Shown here: one piece after another, positions 25,992 through 39,875 of the stretch | Position numbering within the stretch: the stretch's first letter is position 1 | Layout: the number at the start of each line of letters is the position of its first letter | Assembly (NCBI RefSeq): GCF_004010195.1 | Contig: NC_057755.1 | Coordinates: 5,025,643 to 5,089,642 of the forward strand | Length of the DNA stretch: 64,000 bases | Source of the DNA: Chiloscyllium plagiosum | Taxonomy: Eukaryota | Direction: 5' to 3' | Translations under genes and position numbers: made by a program | The notes under the pieces: model-generated | The model's database searches: none | What the model saw: only the letters and a program-made list of their open reading frames with translations | What the model was told of the DNA's origin: nothing

Positions 25992-26296
25992 CAAGTGGTC
26001 ATTTATCTTGCTCACCCACACATTGCTCCTGTTCAACCCCCTTTTTAATCCTTTCTATGTCCTATTTACAGTTTATTGTACCATCAAACTTTGATGTTGT
26101 CAATTGTTAATGATCCCATCAGCTCAATCATTGATTGAGGTGATAAATTGCTCTGTCTTGAGCAATGGCCCTTGTGGCACCCATTACTGCAAGTCTAATA
26201 TCCTGAAAATGAAATGTTTATTCCCACTCTCCGTTTTTTGGCCTTTATCAATCTTCACACTAAGTCCCTAAATCCTCATCACTACCTGGGCTCACG

Positions 26297-26631
26297 AATG
26301 TATATTAGCTACTGGTTCAACAACACCTGGATTTAATAATTCTGCCTCCTATGCCCAGGACTTTCCAACTGCCTTCATGCATTTACAGTACCACGAAGGG
26401 AACATAAAATTATTCATTGTCATCCGTTGTTGTACAGCTCTTGTCTGTCTCAATGTATATTAGCTACTGGTTCAACAACACCTGGATTTAATAATTCTGA
26501 CTCCTATGCCCAGGACTCTGGATGGAACAGAGAAGGATCTATTTCCATCTGCCTTCATGCATTTACAGTACCACGCAGGGAACATAGAATTATTCATTGT
26601 CATCCGTTGTTGTACAGCTCTTGTCTGTCTC
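26297..26631. repeat. Two-copy direct tandem duplication (155 nt and 180 nt)
   Basis: aatgtatattagctactgg...cttgtctgtctc starts at 26297 and again at 26452. The second copy has about 25 extra nt. Confidence 0.9.
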
Positions 26632-26759
26632 AGGGTATCCTCGGTAAATGTCCAGTGGAGTGTTTCCCTTCGTCCCTGTGTGAGCCTGTCTCTGTCTATA
26701 AATCTCGCTGTCTCAGGGATTAGCTATCTGAAGCATAGTCAATATGTTCCTGTTATACA

Positions 26760-28200
26760 AGAAGGAAGCAATAGATAAACCTGAGATTACAGGCCAGTCA
26801 GTGTACCCTCGTTGGTGGGAAAAACTGCTGGAAGCAATTGTGAGGGACAGAATGAATCTGCATTAGAAGAGATAGAGATTAATCAAGAACAGGCAATATG
26901 CAGGGAGGGCATGTCTGATAGGCTGGATTAGGGTTTTCAAAGATGTGACCAGATATGTCGTTGAGGACTATTGAAGGTGTCAAATTGGACCTCAGTGAGC
27001 TTCATGATAATGGCCGCATGGTGACTCAGTGGTTGGCACTGCTACCTCACAGCGCCAGGGACCCGGGTTTGATTCCAGTCTTGTCGAGTTTGACTCTAGT
27101 ATGCGTGAAGTTTGCACATTCTCTCTGCCTCTGTGTGGTTTTCCTCGCACAATCCAAAGATGTGCAGTTCGGGGTGGATTGACCGTGCTTAATTGCCCAT
27201 CGTGTTCAGGGCTGCGTAGGTTAGGTACATTACTTAGGGGTCAATGTAGGATAATAGGGTAGAGAAATGGGTTTGGATGGTTTCATGTTCAGAGGGTCAG
27301 TATTCACCTTAGGGCTAAATGGCCTGTTTCCACACTGTAAGGATTCAACATTTCTAAGAGTTTCACATGGAGAGCTGATATCAAAGGTTATCATGGTTCC
27401 CATGGAATTCAAGGAAATATGAAAGACTGGATCCACGATTGTCTGAGTGATAGGAAGCAGAGAGTGAAAGTTGAGAGGGCATTTTCTGACTGAAGTTGGT
27501 ATTCAATGGGACCCCAGGGCTCAGTTTGGGTCCCTTGCTGTATCTAGTTTATTAAACTAAACGATACTTGAATGTAGGGGTAATGATTAGTGAGTTTGAA
27601 GACTATGCAAACATTGGAAGATTGGTAAATAGTAACCAGTAATATGGAGGATAGTTTCAGTTTACAGCAGGGTATAAATTGGCTGATCAAATGGGCTGAT
27701 CAGTGGCAAATGCAATTCAATCCGAATAGGTGTAAGATGATAGACTTGTTCAAGAAAACAATGCAAGGGTATACACGATATATGATAGGACCATGGGATG
27801 CATCGGATATCAGAGGGTGTTAGTTTCGATGGACAGAAGCAACTGAAGGTATCAGGAACGATGGATAAAGTGGATAAGGATGCATGTGATGTGCTTGGCT
27901 CATTCACCGAGACTTACATTTATGTGCGTGTTTGAACTGTATACAACGTTGGTTTTGCCACGTTAATTTATATCAAAGGGAAAGAGCATAAAAGGAGATG
28001 TTCAGATATAGTTCTCATCCAAGCGTCGGTGTGAGCCTGGAACTCATTGCCTGTAAGGATGGGAGAGGTAGAAAACATCATCTCGTTGAAGAATTGTTTG
28101 GACATACAAGTGTGATGCCAAGGCTTTCAAGGCTGTGGGCCAGGAACTAGAAAATGGGATTAGAAGAGTGACGTGTTTGTTTTTGGACAATAACAGTCTG
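26760..28200 (+). mobile_element. Old CR1-type LINE with a nested SINE (~27012-27350)
   Basis: Decayed RT motifs on both sides of a SINE with A box TGACTCAGTGG. Confidence 0.7.
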
Positions 28201-28324
28201 ACGGGAAGTTTTTGTTGCGTGTTGTAGTTCTCAGTGATTCTCTGACACACAGACACCTACCCCACCCCCACACACAAATACATACAGAGTCAAGCATAGA
28301 AGCTTGCGCAAAGTCGCCCAGACA

Positions 28325-28406
<82 letters not shown>
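28325..28406. repeat. Compound (CT)n(CA)n(GA)n microsatellite
   Basis: Direct reading of the sequence. Confidence 0.95.
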
Positions 28407-28408
<2 letters not shown>

Positions 28409-29948
28409 ATCATCGTGTAAAGGGCAGTTCCTGATGGGAAATAAATGCTGACCAGACAAAGATGGCCCCATCCCAATGGTGAGTAACAAACGTGCCGTAC
28501 TTGAACGTATGCACTCACGCAAAACAATATAATTTGTAGGCAGACACAAAAGCAAACACAACTACAATACACAGACAACCAGACAGGTGTGCACAAAAAG
28601 TACGAGACAGACACACTTATACACACAGAAAGGCAAAATAACATACACACTTTATCAAAAATACACAGAAGAAACAACACACGAATGCATAAACTCAAAC
28701 ACAGATTGAAATTCTTAATGCAAAGTCATACCCAACTCAGCACTACAGAAACACTTGCACAATCACACAAATACGGAGGAAGTGCTTCCACAATAGTAAA
28801 TTCATGGGAATCAGTAATGCGGAAGCAATATTCCAATAATTCAGTTCACGGCCTCGAGTCACAGATGTTTAATTCTGCCTTCATTAACATCTGTACCAAA
28901 AGACAAAACTCCCTTTTTAACTGCTGCCATAATAGTTCAGCTTGATCATTCCTTTAGGGAAGGAAATCTGCCATCATTACGAGGTTCCAGGGTCTGGTTG
29001 ACCTCTGTGCAATTGGAACTGAGGTGTAAATGCTGGTTTTGGCAGCAACGCACAACAATCCGCAAATAAAGTGTAAATAAGCAGCGACTCACACTCCCAT
29101 TCACTCATATTTCAAGACACAATGGCAAACAGAAGGACTGGATTACGATTGGTCAATACATTGCAAGGATGCTAAGTGATGTACCAAATCGATTCTCCAT
29201 GACATTGTGGGTGCTCATTTGTGATGCTGAGCTGTGGAGAGAATTCTGACACTGTTTGGTACTTGAACCATCAAAGTCGTTCTTCCTGGATTTTTCCAAT
29301 TGACAAGGTTCTTGGACCACATGGTGCAGATGTCAGGCAGAGACCATGTTCATTCAATATGACAAGGGAGAAGTGAGTGAACCTTAATAATCTCTCTGTT
29401 CGTTACACCAACTACTGGTCACAGGTCAGCCTCTGTCAGAATTACCAACTGGTCTTCCTAGGCGTCTGATGTCACGAGTCAACTTCTTGTTTGAAAGTGC
29501 TTTGTGTTCAAGGATGAGCATTGGTTTAGCGCTTACATCAGTCCATGGCTTCAGTTATCTGATTGGCTGATTTATTTATTTTCTCGTGCACAAAAGTTCA
29601 GTGAAAAGGTTTGTTTACGAGTAGTACCAGCAGATCATGGTAAGCAAGAGCGTACAGATAAAACAAACTTATACAGAGGCATTCAGATGAGACTTCACAG
29701 GGTGTGCGCTAAGCGATATCAATGTTAGCAATATGAGCATTATTTGAGGCGAGAGAGTGCAATCATCTGCCTAATACTGGCTGAAAAGGAACTGTTCCAG
29801 AGCCTGTCCGTCCAACGGTCCAGGCTTCTTTATTTTCTGCCTGGCGGAAGAAGTTGCAGCAGATCATTGTCTGTTTGGCTGATCAGCTTTCAGTTATTGC
29901 ATGGTGCTCTCTGATTGGCTGGCTGCCCTTGGACAAGTCTCAATTGCT

Positions 29949-30847
29949 TTATTTCTTCAGTAATTTAATAATTGCTGTAAAGGGATATTGCAACATGTTC
30001 AGGAGTTGCTCTCGAAACTTCTACTGAGTCAACCCATACATGCAGGTATTAATGCATCAATTTGCATCGAGCAACATCCATCCAATTTGTTGAAATATAT
30101 ACTCAGCCAGTTTGTAATCCGTAGGATCGGATCCTGTAATTTTAGAATATAAGAATTCTACAACTTACACTGACCACAGAACGATAAAGTTGCCCAAAAT
30201 GGTTAAAAGTAAAATCACAGACTTCCGTCTGCTCTCCATCTCTGAGTATCCGGCATTCTTTCCACTGCTCTGACCTCTCAGTCCCTTATGTACTCGACTA
30301 GTCACTAAAATGTGTCAGACTGTCAGTGCATTAATCAATAGAATTAAAGTGAAAGGAAGTATGGGGGTTAAAATCCGATCCAACCAATCAAATCCCACCC
30401 ATCCAGGATCAGTATAATAACTTAGTTTCACACTGCAGAGCCATGGTACATTGTTGATTATACTCAATGGCTCAATTGTAAAGTAGTATGGGCTGTTTCT
30501 TAAACAGAGCAGGACGCAGGTTACTGTTAGAACAATGGCTGCAGTTTTCTCAGTGCAATATTTCATTTTCAACTTCTGGCAACAAATGGCCACAAATCGA
30601 TCAAAAGAGAAAACAACTGTGAACCAGACAGAGCAGTCTGTCGTTGCAGAGGCGAGTACAGTTTTGAGGCTGCACACAAGAGCAATATCCAGGAATGTCC
30701 CTGGGAAATAATGATAACTGATGTGCCACAAAAAGTTGATTAAAATACTGACTGATAGATCTGCTATTGCCGTGGCCACCAGGTAGCGAGCGGTACCAGA
30801 TAGCCCACACTTTCCGTTACACAGGATGACAATTGCCATTAAATTAG
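29949..30847 (-). pseudogene. GPR139/142-like GPCR copy C, exon 2 (nonsense-disabled)
   Basis: AG acceptor at 30849-30848, then (A)NLMAIVILCNGKCGLS...DCSVWFTVVFSFDRFVAICCQKLK...NALTV*HILVTSRV...EMESRRKSVILL. It has four in-frame premature stops (TGA at 30315-30317, then TAA, TGA, TAG) before the terminal TAA. Confidence 0.92.
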
Positions 30848-31746
30848 CTGAAAGGAAAGGAATGGAAAATAATGTGAAAATGACTGAACATGCATCCTCC
30901 ATGTACAATTAAGGCCATAAGTTTACCTTGCGACTGAAGGGAGGAAATCAGAAAAACTACTAGTCAAACTGTATTTGACCCTCCTCAAATGCAAAATGGA
31001 CTTTTTAGAAATGATCAAGTCTGAAAATATTCACTAAACAGTTGTTGCTATTGAAAGGAGAAGGAGTCTGTTAAGTGTAATCGAGGCAGCTAAAGGTATA
31101 GATTCTTTTCCTTTTGGACCTCTGCAGAAAGACGTTCAGACCTTAATTTCATTGTGTTGTGACAGGATGGTCAGAGGGAGAGAAGGCAAGTCAATCTGTA
31201 TTGCTGATGGCGTTGATAGATGAGGCAGGCATGTTGGAGGATGAGATAGATAATCTGTTCACTGATAAGACAATGGAAAACTCGTCAACTAATTCTCTGA
31301 ATGGGAAGTGAAGGAGTCAAGGAACAGACAGCTATTGACAGTGATGTACTGTTTGAAGAAACAGTGTTCTGGAACTTGCACCAACACAACGATTAAAATA
31401 AAAGGTAACATGTATGAAGGATAACATGTAAAAAGGAAAAGTCCTAATAAACATATTGCCTCGGAATTAAATAGACAGTATTCAGACAAAATTAAATTAA
31501 TTAATGATACATGTGCAGCTGAACAGGTCTGACCTAATAGCCACTACAGCGGCACTGATGTATTAATACCAATGGATATCGAGTAAAGCGTCAGGTACAA
31601 TTCAAAATGATTAGCTTAACCAAATTATTTTACTCTTAACGTGAATTTATAAGTGTGACAATTAATTTAACACGAGGTATTATGAGACATACAGTAAAAG
31701 CAGAGTGCAACTGAATCATACAATATCGTTGGCTTTTTTCACTTCC

Positions 31747-31813
31747 CAAGAATTCCAATAACAGCGAATATCATATAATATAATTTCAGCACATCATCAA
31801 TTGGACGGGACAT
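31747..31813 (-). pseudogene. GPCR copy C, exon 1 (donor GT>GG)
   Basis: MSRPIDDVLKLYYMIFAVIGIL+G, 67 nt, followed by GGAAGT instead of GTAAGT. Confidence 0.85.
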
Positions 31814-31901
31814 TTTTAGTGTGAGGTGCTAGCTTTCTCTGAGATGCAGATAGTCTCTCCCTGCATTATAAACTGAAGACTTTAATTTCCCAAGCCTTTC
31901 A

Positions 31902-31915
31902 ATTATAGCCTGTGA
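31902..31915 (-). promoter_or_regulatory. Candidate TATA-like element of copy C (TCACAGGCTATAAT)
   Basis: About 89 nt upstream of the ATG and nearly identical to the copy D motif. Confidence 0.4.
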
Positions 31916-32089
31916 GATCACCCGTCTGGGGATATGGCATTACAACATTTTTAACTGATTGTAAAACAGATTTTGACAACGCTTCTGTGTGATCAGTAAC
32001 TGAATACACAAAAGAAAAACATTTTCTTGAAGAGGTTTAGTAGCAATGCCATAGAATTGTGATATCATCATTTCACGCATGGAGACAAA

Positions 32090-32492
32090 AGGAGAGAGGG
32101 GAGGGAAGAAACACAGAGAGAAGTGAGGAGACAGAGTCAGAGACAGAGAGAGCGTCAATGAGAGAGGGATAGACAGATTGAGAGAGAAGAATGAGGGGTA
32201 CAGAGCGAGAGACAGATTGAATTTAAGACCACAAGTGAGAGAGATAGAAAGAATGAGAGAAAAGCTGGAGATCGAGATTGACAGGGACAGAATGGCAGAG
32301 GAGACAGTATGAGAAAACAGAGATATACAGATAGAGACAGGTTCAGACAGACATAAACAGAATTAAGGAGGGAGAATAGAAACACATACACATACACACA
32401 CAGATAGACATAGAAACACCCACACACACCCACAAACACACATTTCCCCCCAACACACACGCACACACACACGCACACACACACAGACAGAC
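32090..32492. repeat. GA-rich then CA-rich low-complexity tract upstream of copy C
   Basis: Direct reading of the sequence. Confidence 0.8.
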
Positions 32493-32999
32493 GTGGTTTG
32501 AGGAAACAGACAGTGCACTTTCTACGATTTGAAAAAAATGTGAGGCAATTCCAGTGAACTTTATGAAATGCTTCGTAGGTGGATGTGAATCAGATGATTC
32601 CTTTGGCAGGTGACTCCTGGACCAGGCAGCACAATATCAGAATTGGAGGTACATGGTTTATGTTTCAGACAGGGACAAACGCAATGGATTGCAAATTCAG
32701 CTCATCAAGGCTGATCCACCATTCAATATGATCATGACTGATGGAAGATGTCAATGTTTTTACTCATTCCATCTCCACAAACTTGCAGCTTCACAAAATC
32801 TTGAACAAAAGCATTCTGAATCTATACTTCCAAATCTTTATTTCGATTGTACATGAACGGAAAGGGAGGAATTATCCTTGTTAGGAATTTGCCAATAACT
32901 GCGGATATTTCACGAGGTTGGGATTGGGTGATGTGAGAGGTGGTTGTTCCAGTTGACTTTGGGGGCTTGAGCAGCAAACGAGGGTATTGTCTTAATAGC

Positions 33000-34060
33000 G
33001 TTAGATTGGGAAAGGTGTGAGGTGCAACAAAATCTGAGAGCCCACCTCACACCAGTCGCTCAGGGGATGCATGTATTGCAGCAAGTCGTGAAGAAGTTAA
33101 ATGGCACTTTGGCCTTGAGTACGAGAGGATTGGATTACAGCCGTGGTGATATCTTGCTGCAATTGTGCAGGGACCTTAATGAGACGCCACCTGGAGTAAT
33201 ATGTGCAGTGTGGGGTCTCCTTATCTGAGGTAGGCTGTTCTGGTCATGGAAGGATACAAACCTTGTGGGTGACATGATGGCTCAGTGCTTAGCACGACTG
33301 CCTCACACTGCCAGCTACCCAGGTTCGATTCTAGCCTTGGGCGACTGTCTGTGTGGAGTTTGCACATGCTTCCCGTGTCTGTGTGGGTTACCTACGGATG
33401 CTGCAGTTTATTCCCACTGTCCAAAGATGTGCAGGTGAGGTGAATAGCCAAGTTAAATTGCCCATTGTGTCAGGTACCTTAGTCAGGGGTAAGGATAGGG
33501 AAATGAGTCTGGGTGGGTCACTCTTTGGAGCGTCGGTGTGGACTTGTTGGGTCGCAGGGCCTGTTTCCACACTGAAGGAAATCTAGTCTAGTTTCCAAGA
33601 CTGATTCCTGGGATGGCATGACTGATGCATGGAGAGAGATTGTATCTGTTAGAATTGAGTTCACTGGAGTTGAGAATAATGAGGTGAAATCTCTTTAGAC
33701 CCTGAAAAGTTCTGCTATGGTGAACACAATAAGAATAAATCCGAAGACCAGGGATCCTAGAACCAGGAAGTGCGGTGGGTAAGTTCATACTGAGATGCGG
33801 AGAAATGTTTTCACCCAAAGACAGGGGAACCTATGAATAAATCTGCAATAGGAAGCAGTTACAGCCACGACATTGAATGTTTTCGAGATGGAAGTCAATG
33901 TTGTTCTTAGGGCTAAAGGGTTCAAAAGAAATGGCGGAGAGAACAGGAACAGGGGATTGAATTGGGTGATCAGGCAGAGTGCGTTGAACGGCAGACCAGT
34001 CTCGCAGGGCCCAAAGACATACTTCTGCTCCAATTTCTTGTGCGTCCATGGTAGACGCAG
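33000..34060 (+). mobile_element. CR1-type LINE 3' part with a nested SINE (~33267-33590)
   Basis: VLQQVVKKLNGTLAL...LLQLCRDL; SINE A and B boxes TGGCTCAGTG and GGTTCGATTC. Confidence 0.75.
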
Positions 34061-34479
34061 TGTAAAGCCATTTCGCTGTGTCGATATATGTTTGTGAGGA
34101 ATCTGCAATGAACACATGATCAGCTGCCTGCATGAAGCTGGCACATTGAGGGCACAGAGTAAATTTCTCAAATGTGGGACGTCTCACACGCACCAATGTG
34201 GCTATCTGACCATGATAGCCATGGCCAATGATCTGAAGCCCTGACATATTGCACACCTTATCGCTCTGTCTCGCTGTCACATCGTCACTTGGAAATATAT
34301 CAGCGTTTCCTCAGTGTTAATTGGTCAGAATCCAGGAATTCCCTCCCTAAGGGACGTTGTGGGTCTGTGCCAGAGTAAAGCTCTCACTACACTGTCCCCG
34401 ATCAAACATTCCCAGGACAGCGACAGTACGGGTTTAATACAGAGTAAATCTTCCTAAGAAATAAGAACAGGTTGTTGAC

Positions 34480-36415
34480 GTCATTGAATTTGTTCTACAG
34501 GCTCCCAAGTAGTCAACGGGAATTAGAGGAACAAGTATGCAGAGTGATTGGAGGGACTTGCAGGAGCAATTGGGTTGTCATAGTAGGTGATTTTAATTTG
34601 CCTATTATGGACTGGGATTATCAGACCATTAAGGGTTCAGATGTGAATTTGTTAAGTGCGCTCAGGAAAATTTCCTTAAGCAGTATGTAGGGAATCCTAC
34701 TTGGCAAAGGGCAAAACCTGACCAATGTTTGAGAAGTAGGGCTGGACAGTTGACACAGGTGACAGTTGGGAGCACTTTGGGACCAATGACCATAGATTAT
34801 TAATTCTAAAATATTTATGGAAAGGGACAAAGGTGGTCCTCAGGTTCAAGTTCTAAACTGGGGCAAGGCGTATTTCGATTGAATTAGACATGAGATTGCA
34901 GGTGTGGTCTGGAGTACTTTGTTTGCAGGCATAGTGACCTCCGGAAATTTGGAGGGCTTTAAAATTGAAATAGCTACAGTTTAAGGAAACATGCTCCTGT
35001 GAGGTGGAAAGGCAAGACTGCCAGGGATAGGGAACCCTGGGTGACCAGAGATATTGAGGGTTTGACCAGAAGAAAAGGAGGTATGGCTCAGCTACAAGCA
35101 ACTGGTATCAAGGGGATCCTTGGAGGTATATCGGGAACGCAGAAGTTTACTGAAGAAGGGCAAAAAGGGGGTGTGAGGTAGGCTTGTCTGAGAAGATTAG
35201 AGTGAATCCAAAGAGGTCATTTCAGCATATTAAAGGTAAAACAATAACTAGAGAGAGAATAATGCACCTCAAGGGCCAATGTAGACATGTATGTGAATAA
35301 CTTCAAGTGGTAGGTGATATCCTCAATGAATACTTCTCCTCTGTGTTTTTTGTGGAGAAAGACATGAAGACTTGGGACGGGGGTACGTTAGTTATGATAT
35401 CATGAGGACCGTTCATATCATAGCAAAGGTGGTGTTGGACGTATTAGAATGCATAAAGGAGGATAAATCTCCTAGTGCTGACCACATATATCCAGGAACA
35501 TCGCAAGAGGCGTGAGAGGAAATTGCCGGGGTCCTGGCTGCTATTTTTGCATCATTTTTTGGTATGGTTGAGTTCCTGGAAGACTGGAGGGGAGTATTCA
35601 AAAAGAGCTAGAAAGAAATATCTGGGAACTATCGATGAGTAAACGTAAAATTTGTGCTGGGAAATTTAGCTGAGAAATTCAGCGAGGTAAGATATGCATG
35701 CATTTGGAACGAGAGGGTTTTATTAGAAATAATGTTGTGCGTAGAAGATCATGCTTCACATATTTGTTAGAGTGCTTAGATGAAATGATCGGTAAGTATG
35801 ACGAGGGAAAGGTGGTAGAACTAGTCTAATGGATTTCAGGAAGGTCTTGGATAAGGCTGCTCTGGAAGGTTAGAACACTTGGAATCCAGAGGTAGCTGGA
35901 CAATTGTATATGCACCTGGTTTGATGGTAGGAAGCTTAGAGTATCAGTGCAAGGATGCTTTTTGTCCTGTAGGTCTCTGACTAGTGGAGTGCCTCAGAGA
36001 TCGATGCAGGTCCCATTCCTGTTATTATCTATATCAATGATTTAGATAAAAAGTTACAAGCATGAATGGTAAATTTGCAGATGACACTAAAGTAGGTGGT
36101 ATCATGGACAGTGAGGAAGGTTATCAGAAACTGTAACAAGACCTTGATCATATGGGCAAGTGTTCGAGAAATGGCAAATTAAGCTTTGTATAGATAAGTG
36201 TGAGGTCTTGCATTTTGGAAAATCGAATCAAGGTAGAGTTTCATGGTGAGTGGTAAGACCTTAATGCGTACAGTGAGACATGGGAAGCTTGGAGTTTAGG
36301 TGTATGGTTCTCTGAAAGTGGGGTCGCAGGTAGACAGGGCATTGAAGAAGGCTTTTGGCACACTGGCCCTCATCAGTCAGGGTACTGAGTAGAGAAGTTG
36401 GAAAGTTATGCTGTC
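34480..36415 (+). mobile_element. Long decayed CR1-type LINE ORF2
   Basis: FYRLPSSQRELEEQ...VVIVGDFNLP (APE endonuclease), running through the KFADDTK RT motif near 36070. Confidence 0.88.
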
Positions 36416-37140
36416 CATGTTTAAACCAAGACTATGAAGAGGTCAGGCGCTGAGTGACCCTGGCGAAACCCAAACTGGGCGTCACTGAGCAGGTTATTGG
36501 TGAGTAGGTGCTGCTTGATAGCACTTTTAATGACTCATTCTATCACTTTATTGATGATCGAGACTGATTGGGTCATAATTAGCCGGTTTGGATTTATCCT
36601 ATGTTTGTGTTGCAGGTTTCTACGTTGTTGGGTAGACACCGGTGTTGACCGGTAGTCAGCAAGTTCTGGAGCACATGTTTTCATTACTATTGCTGGAATA
36701 TTATGAGACCCCATTGCCATTGCAGAATCCAGTAATGTATATCGAATTGGCTGGAGGCGGGTATCTGCGATGCTGAGGACCACTGGAGGCTCTCGAGATG
36801 GATCACCCACTCGGCGCTTCGGACTGAAGACTGTTGCGAATGCATCAGCCTTACCTTCTGCTCTGATGTGCTGAGCTCCCCCATCATTGAGGATGTGGAT
36901 ATTTGTGAAACATCATTCTCCAGTGAGTTGCTTAATTGCCCACCACCATTCACATTGGATGTAGAAAGACTGCAGAGCTTAGATCTGATCTGTTGGTTGT
37001 GGGATCGCTTAGCTCTGTCTATCACTTGCTGTTCATGCCGTTTGGCACACAAGTAATCCTACTTGGTAGCTTCAGCTGGGTGACACCTCATTTTTAGGTA
37101 TGCCTCAAGCTGCTCCTGACATGCTCTCTTGCAGTCTAAC
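36415..37140 (-). mobile_element. LINE ORF2 fragment (second CR1-like family)
   Basis: HEQQVIDRAKRSHNQQIRSKLCS and AMGSHNIPAIVMKTCAPELA are tether-like motifs. Confidence 0.7.
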
Positions 37141-37454
37141 CACTACCCCTTGACATTCAACTGCATTACCATCACTGAATCCCTCATTGTCAACATTCTT
37201 GGGATTAACATTGAGCGCTAAAATCTATCCATCACCTACAAGGCACAAGTCTGAAGTGTGATAGATTATTCCCCACTTGTCTGGAAGGGTCCAGCTCCAA
37301 CAAAACTCCGGAAACTGACACCATCTGGGGATGTGTGCATCTCAGTGTAATGGGGTCTCTGTTGCTTTGGCACTGAAAACTTTGAAATGCGGTCAAAACT
37401 CCTCTCTCCGTAAGTCCCCTTGTTTTGAAGGCAATGCGATTGATTGTCACGTCG

Positions 37455-37680
37455 ATGCGTGTTCCTATGTGTTTTTGCATGTCTGTGTGTGTGCATGTGT
37501 GTGCGTATGCGTGCCTGAATCTATGTATGTTTGTGTGTGTGCGAGCATACATTCCTGTATCTGTGTGTGTTTGTGCAAGCATGTCTCTGTCTGTGCCCGC
37601 ATATGTATCTATGCGTGTGTTTTTCTAATTTACGTGTATGCATGTGTGTTTATCTCTGTGTATGTTTGTGTGTGTGCATA
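37455..37680. repeat. Degenerate (TG)n-rich tract
   Basis: Direct reading of the sequence. Confidence 0.85.
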
Positions 37681-38504
37681 ATAGTTTAAACATGTTGAAC
37701 ACTGAATAGTCTGGACACAATGAAGTTTGGGAAGACGTTTCCTTTCGTGGAGAGTGTAGGACCCGATGGAGCAGGCTTACAGGAAATGGAAAACATGTTA
37801 GAACGGAGAAATACGAGAAACTTATTCAGTCAGAGAGTGGTGAATCTGTGGAATTCACTGCTACAGAAGGCTGTGCAGGATAAATCATTGAATACATTTA
37901 AGACAGAAATAGATAAGTTCTTGATTGCCAAGGTGATTGATGGTTATAAGGAGAAAGTGAGACAATGGTATTGAGAAATTTATCAGCCATGGTTGAAAGT
38001 TGGAACAGACTGAATGGGCGGAATAGCTCAATTTGTGCTCCGACATTTTATCGATTCAGGGTCACATTATGCGTCTGTGCAAGTGTTCATCTGTGTTTGC
38101 AATGGGAATCACTTTGCTGTGATGGACGTTTGAATGAATGAACTAAAATGTGGTGAATCAAATGCTGAGAGTCTCTCTCTCTTTCTCTCTAGCTCCGTGT
38201 CCCTCTTTAAAGTAAAACAATGCCACCCTCTGCTGGACAGCCCGTACCACTGCACAAGCAGCATTTTCAATCTCTCACATTGCACGTTTATTTCAGACTT
38301 CAATGAAAACATTGCAACGTTGTCCCTGACGTATGACGTAAAAATCCGTAACTGATCGATGAGGGTAATATAGTGGATGTTGTCTATTTGGATTTTAGTA
38401 ACACATTCAAAAAGATATCTCATGGTAGGCTAGTCCAGAATAACAGGTGCATCGGATCCATGGTGTCTTGGCCGCGTGGAGAGAAATGGATTTTTCTATA
38501 GAAG

Positions 38505-39205
38505 TGGAGACGTCGGTGTTGGATTGTGGTGAGTAAAGTTAAAAATCACACAAAACCAGGTTATAGCTCAACAGGTTTATTTGGAAATACAAACGTTAAG
38601 AGCGCTGCTCATTTGCCATGTCGCTCGTTGGGAAGGATCATAGGACACATAATTCAAAGGAAAAGATCAAAGCGCCTTACAACAGATGCGAAGTACTGAA
38701 CAAAAATAGATTGCTGTCTGGAGGTGCTGGAAAAGCACAGCAGATCCATTCCTGATGAAGGTCTTTTGCCTGATACCTCAATTTTCCTGCTCCTCGAATG
38801 CTGTCTCACCTGCTGTGCTTTTCCAGCACCACGCTAATCGAGATTATAATTTCCAGCATCTGCAGTACTCAGTTTTGGTAAAAGTAGAATGCTGTTTATT
38901 CTTTAATTACTTAGAATGTGGATGTAGATTTCTATATTTTAATATTTAAATCTGAGAACTTCCTTCAAGTATCAGTCGCGAGATAACATAATGTTTCATC
39001 TGAAAAGGTGACATCTCAGTTGAGAAAATGCATTAAAGGTGTAAATTCCGAGTCTGACTGTCTGCCAAACTACAATCAGGTTGGTTCTATTTCCAAAGTA
39101 GAAATTTATTCAGTGTCACATGAACTGATTGCCTTCAGGTTATGTGCTTTGAGAACAAAATAGCATGTATCTGCAAATACAAATCGGCAAATTCATATTC
39201 ATATC
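38505..39205. mobile_element. Penelope-like terminal-repeat sequence with a nested arm of the palindromic element
   Basis: ggtgttggattg...aaaatcacac..accaggttatag also occurs at 5717-5800 and, reversed, at 52050-52135. The distal part matches 57250-57490. Confidence 0.55.
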
Positions 39206-39524
39206 CAGACAACAGTGAAAGATGCAGAAAATGCAATAAAATTCACTCGGTGTCCTCATGAAATGGGACACTCAGAGGTGCATGTGTACAAATTCAGCAG
39301 AAACACTTCATTTATTGTATATAATGTGAGGAATAGTTCTGAAAGAAAGATTATTTCTGTATTGTAGGGAGAGCATAACACACTATTTAATGTGTATGTT
39401 GTGAGGAATAATTGTGAAGGAAAATTGATTTCTGCATTGTACAGGGAGCATAACTTATCTACACAGATTGTGTTGCACTCTGAGGAAGGTCAGTCCAGTT
39501 TCAAACGTGTGCGTGTTTATACAA

Positions 39525-39875
39525 CATAGAACATAGAATATTACAGCTCAGTACAGGCCCTTTGGCACTCGATGTTGCGCCGCCCTGTCATACTAATCTG
39601 ACGCCCATCCCACCTACACTAATCCATATACGTCCATATGCCTGTCCAATGACGACTTCAATGCACTTAAACTTGGTGAATCTACTACCGTTGCAGGCAA
39701 AGAATTCCATACCCTTACTACTCTCTGAGTAAAGAAACTACCTCTAACATCTGTCTTATACCTATCTCCACTTTAAAGTCGTGTCCCCTCGTGTTTGCCA
39801 TTCCCATACTTGGAAAAAGGCTCTCCCTGTCCACCCTATCTAAACCTCTGATTATCTTGTTTGTCTCTATTATGT
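39525..39875 (-). mobile_element. CR1-type LINE 3' end
   Basis: GDIIETNKIIRGLDRVDRESLFP with a TTCTATG tail. Confidence 0.85.

Noticed and set aside
30848..30908. ORF-track N-terminus MYMEDACSVIFTLFSIPFLS of copy C
   Set aside because: This is intron (pyrimidine tract and AG). The true exon 1 is at 31747-31813.
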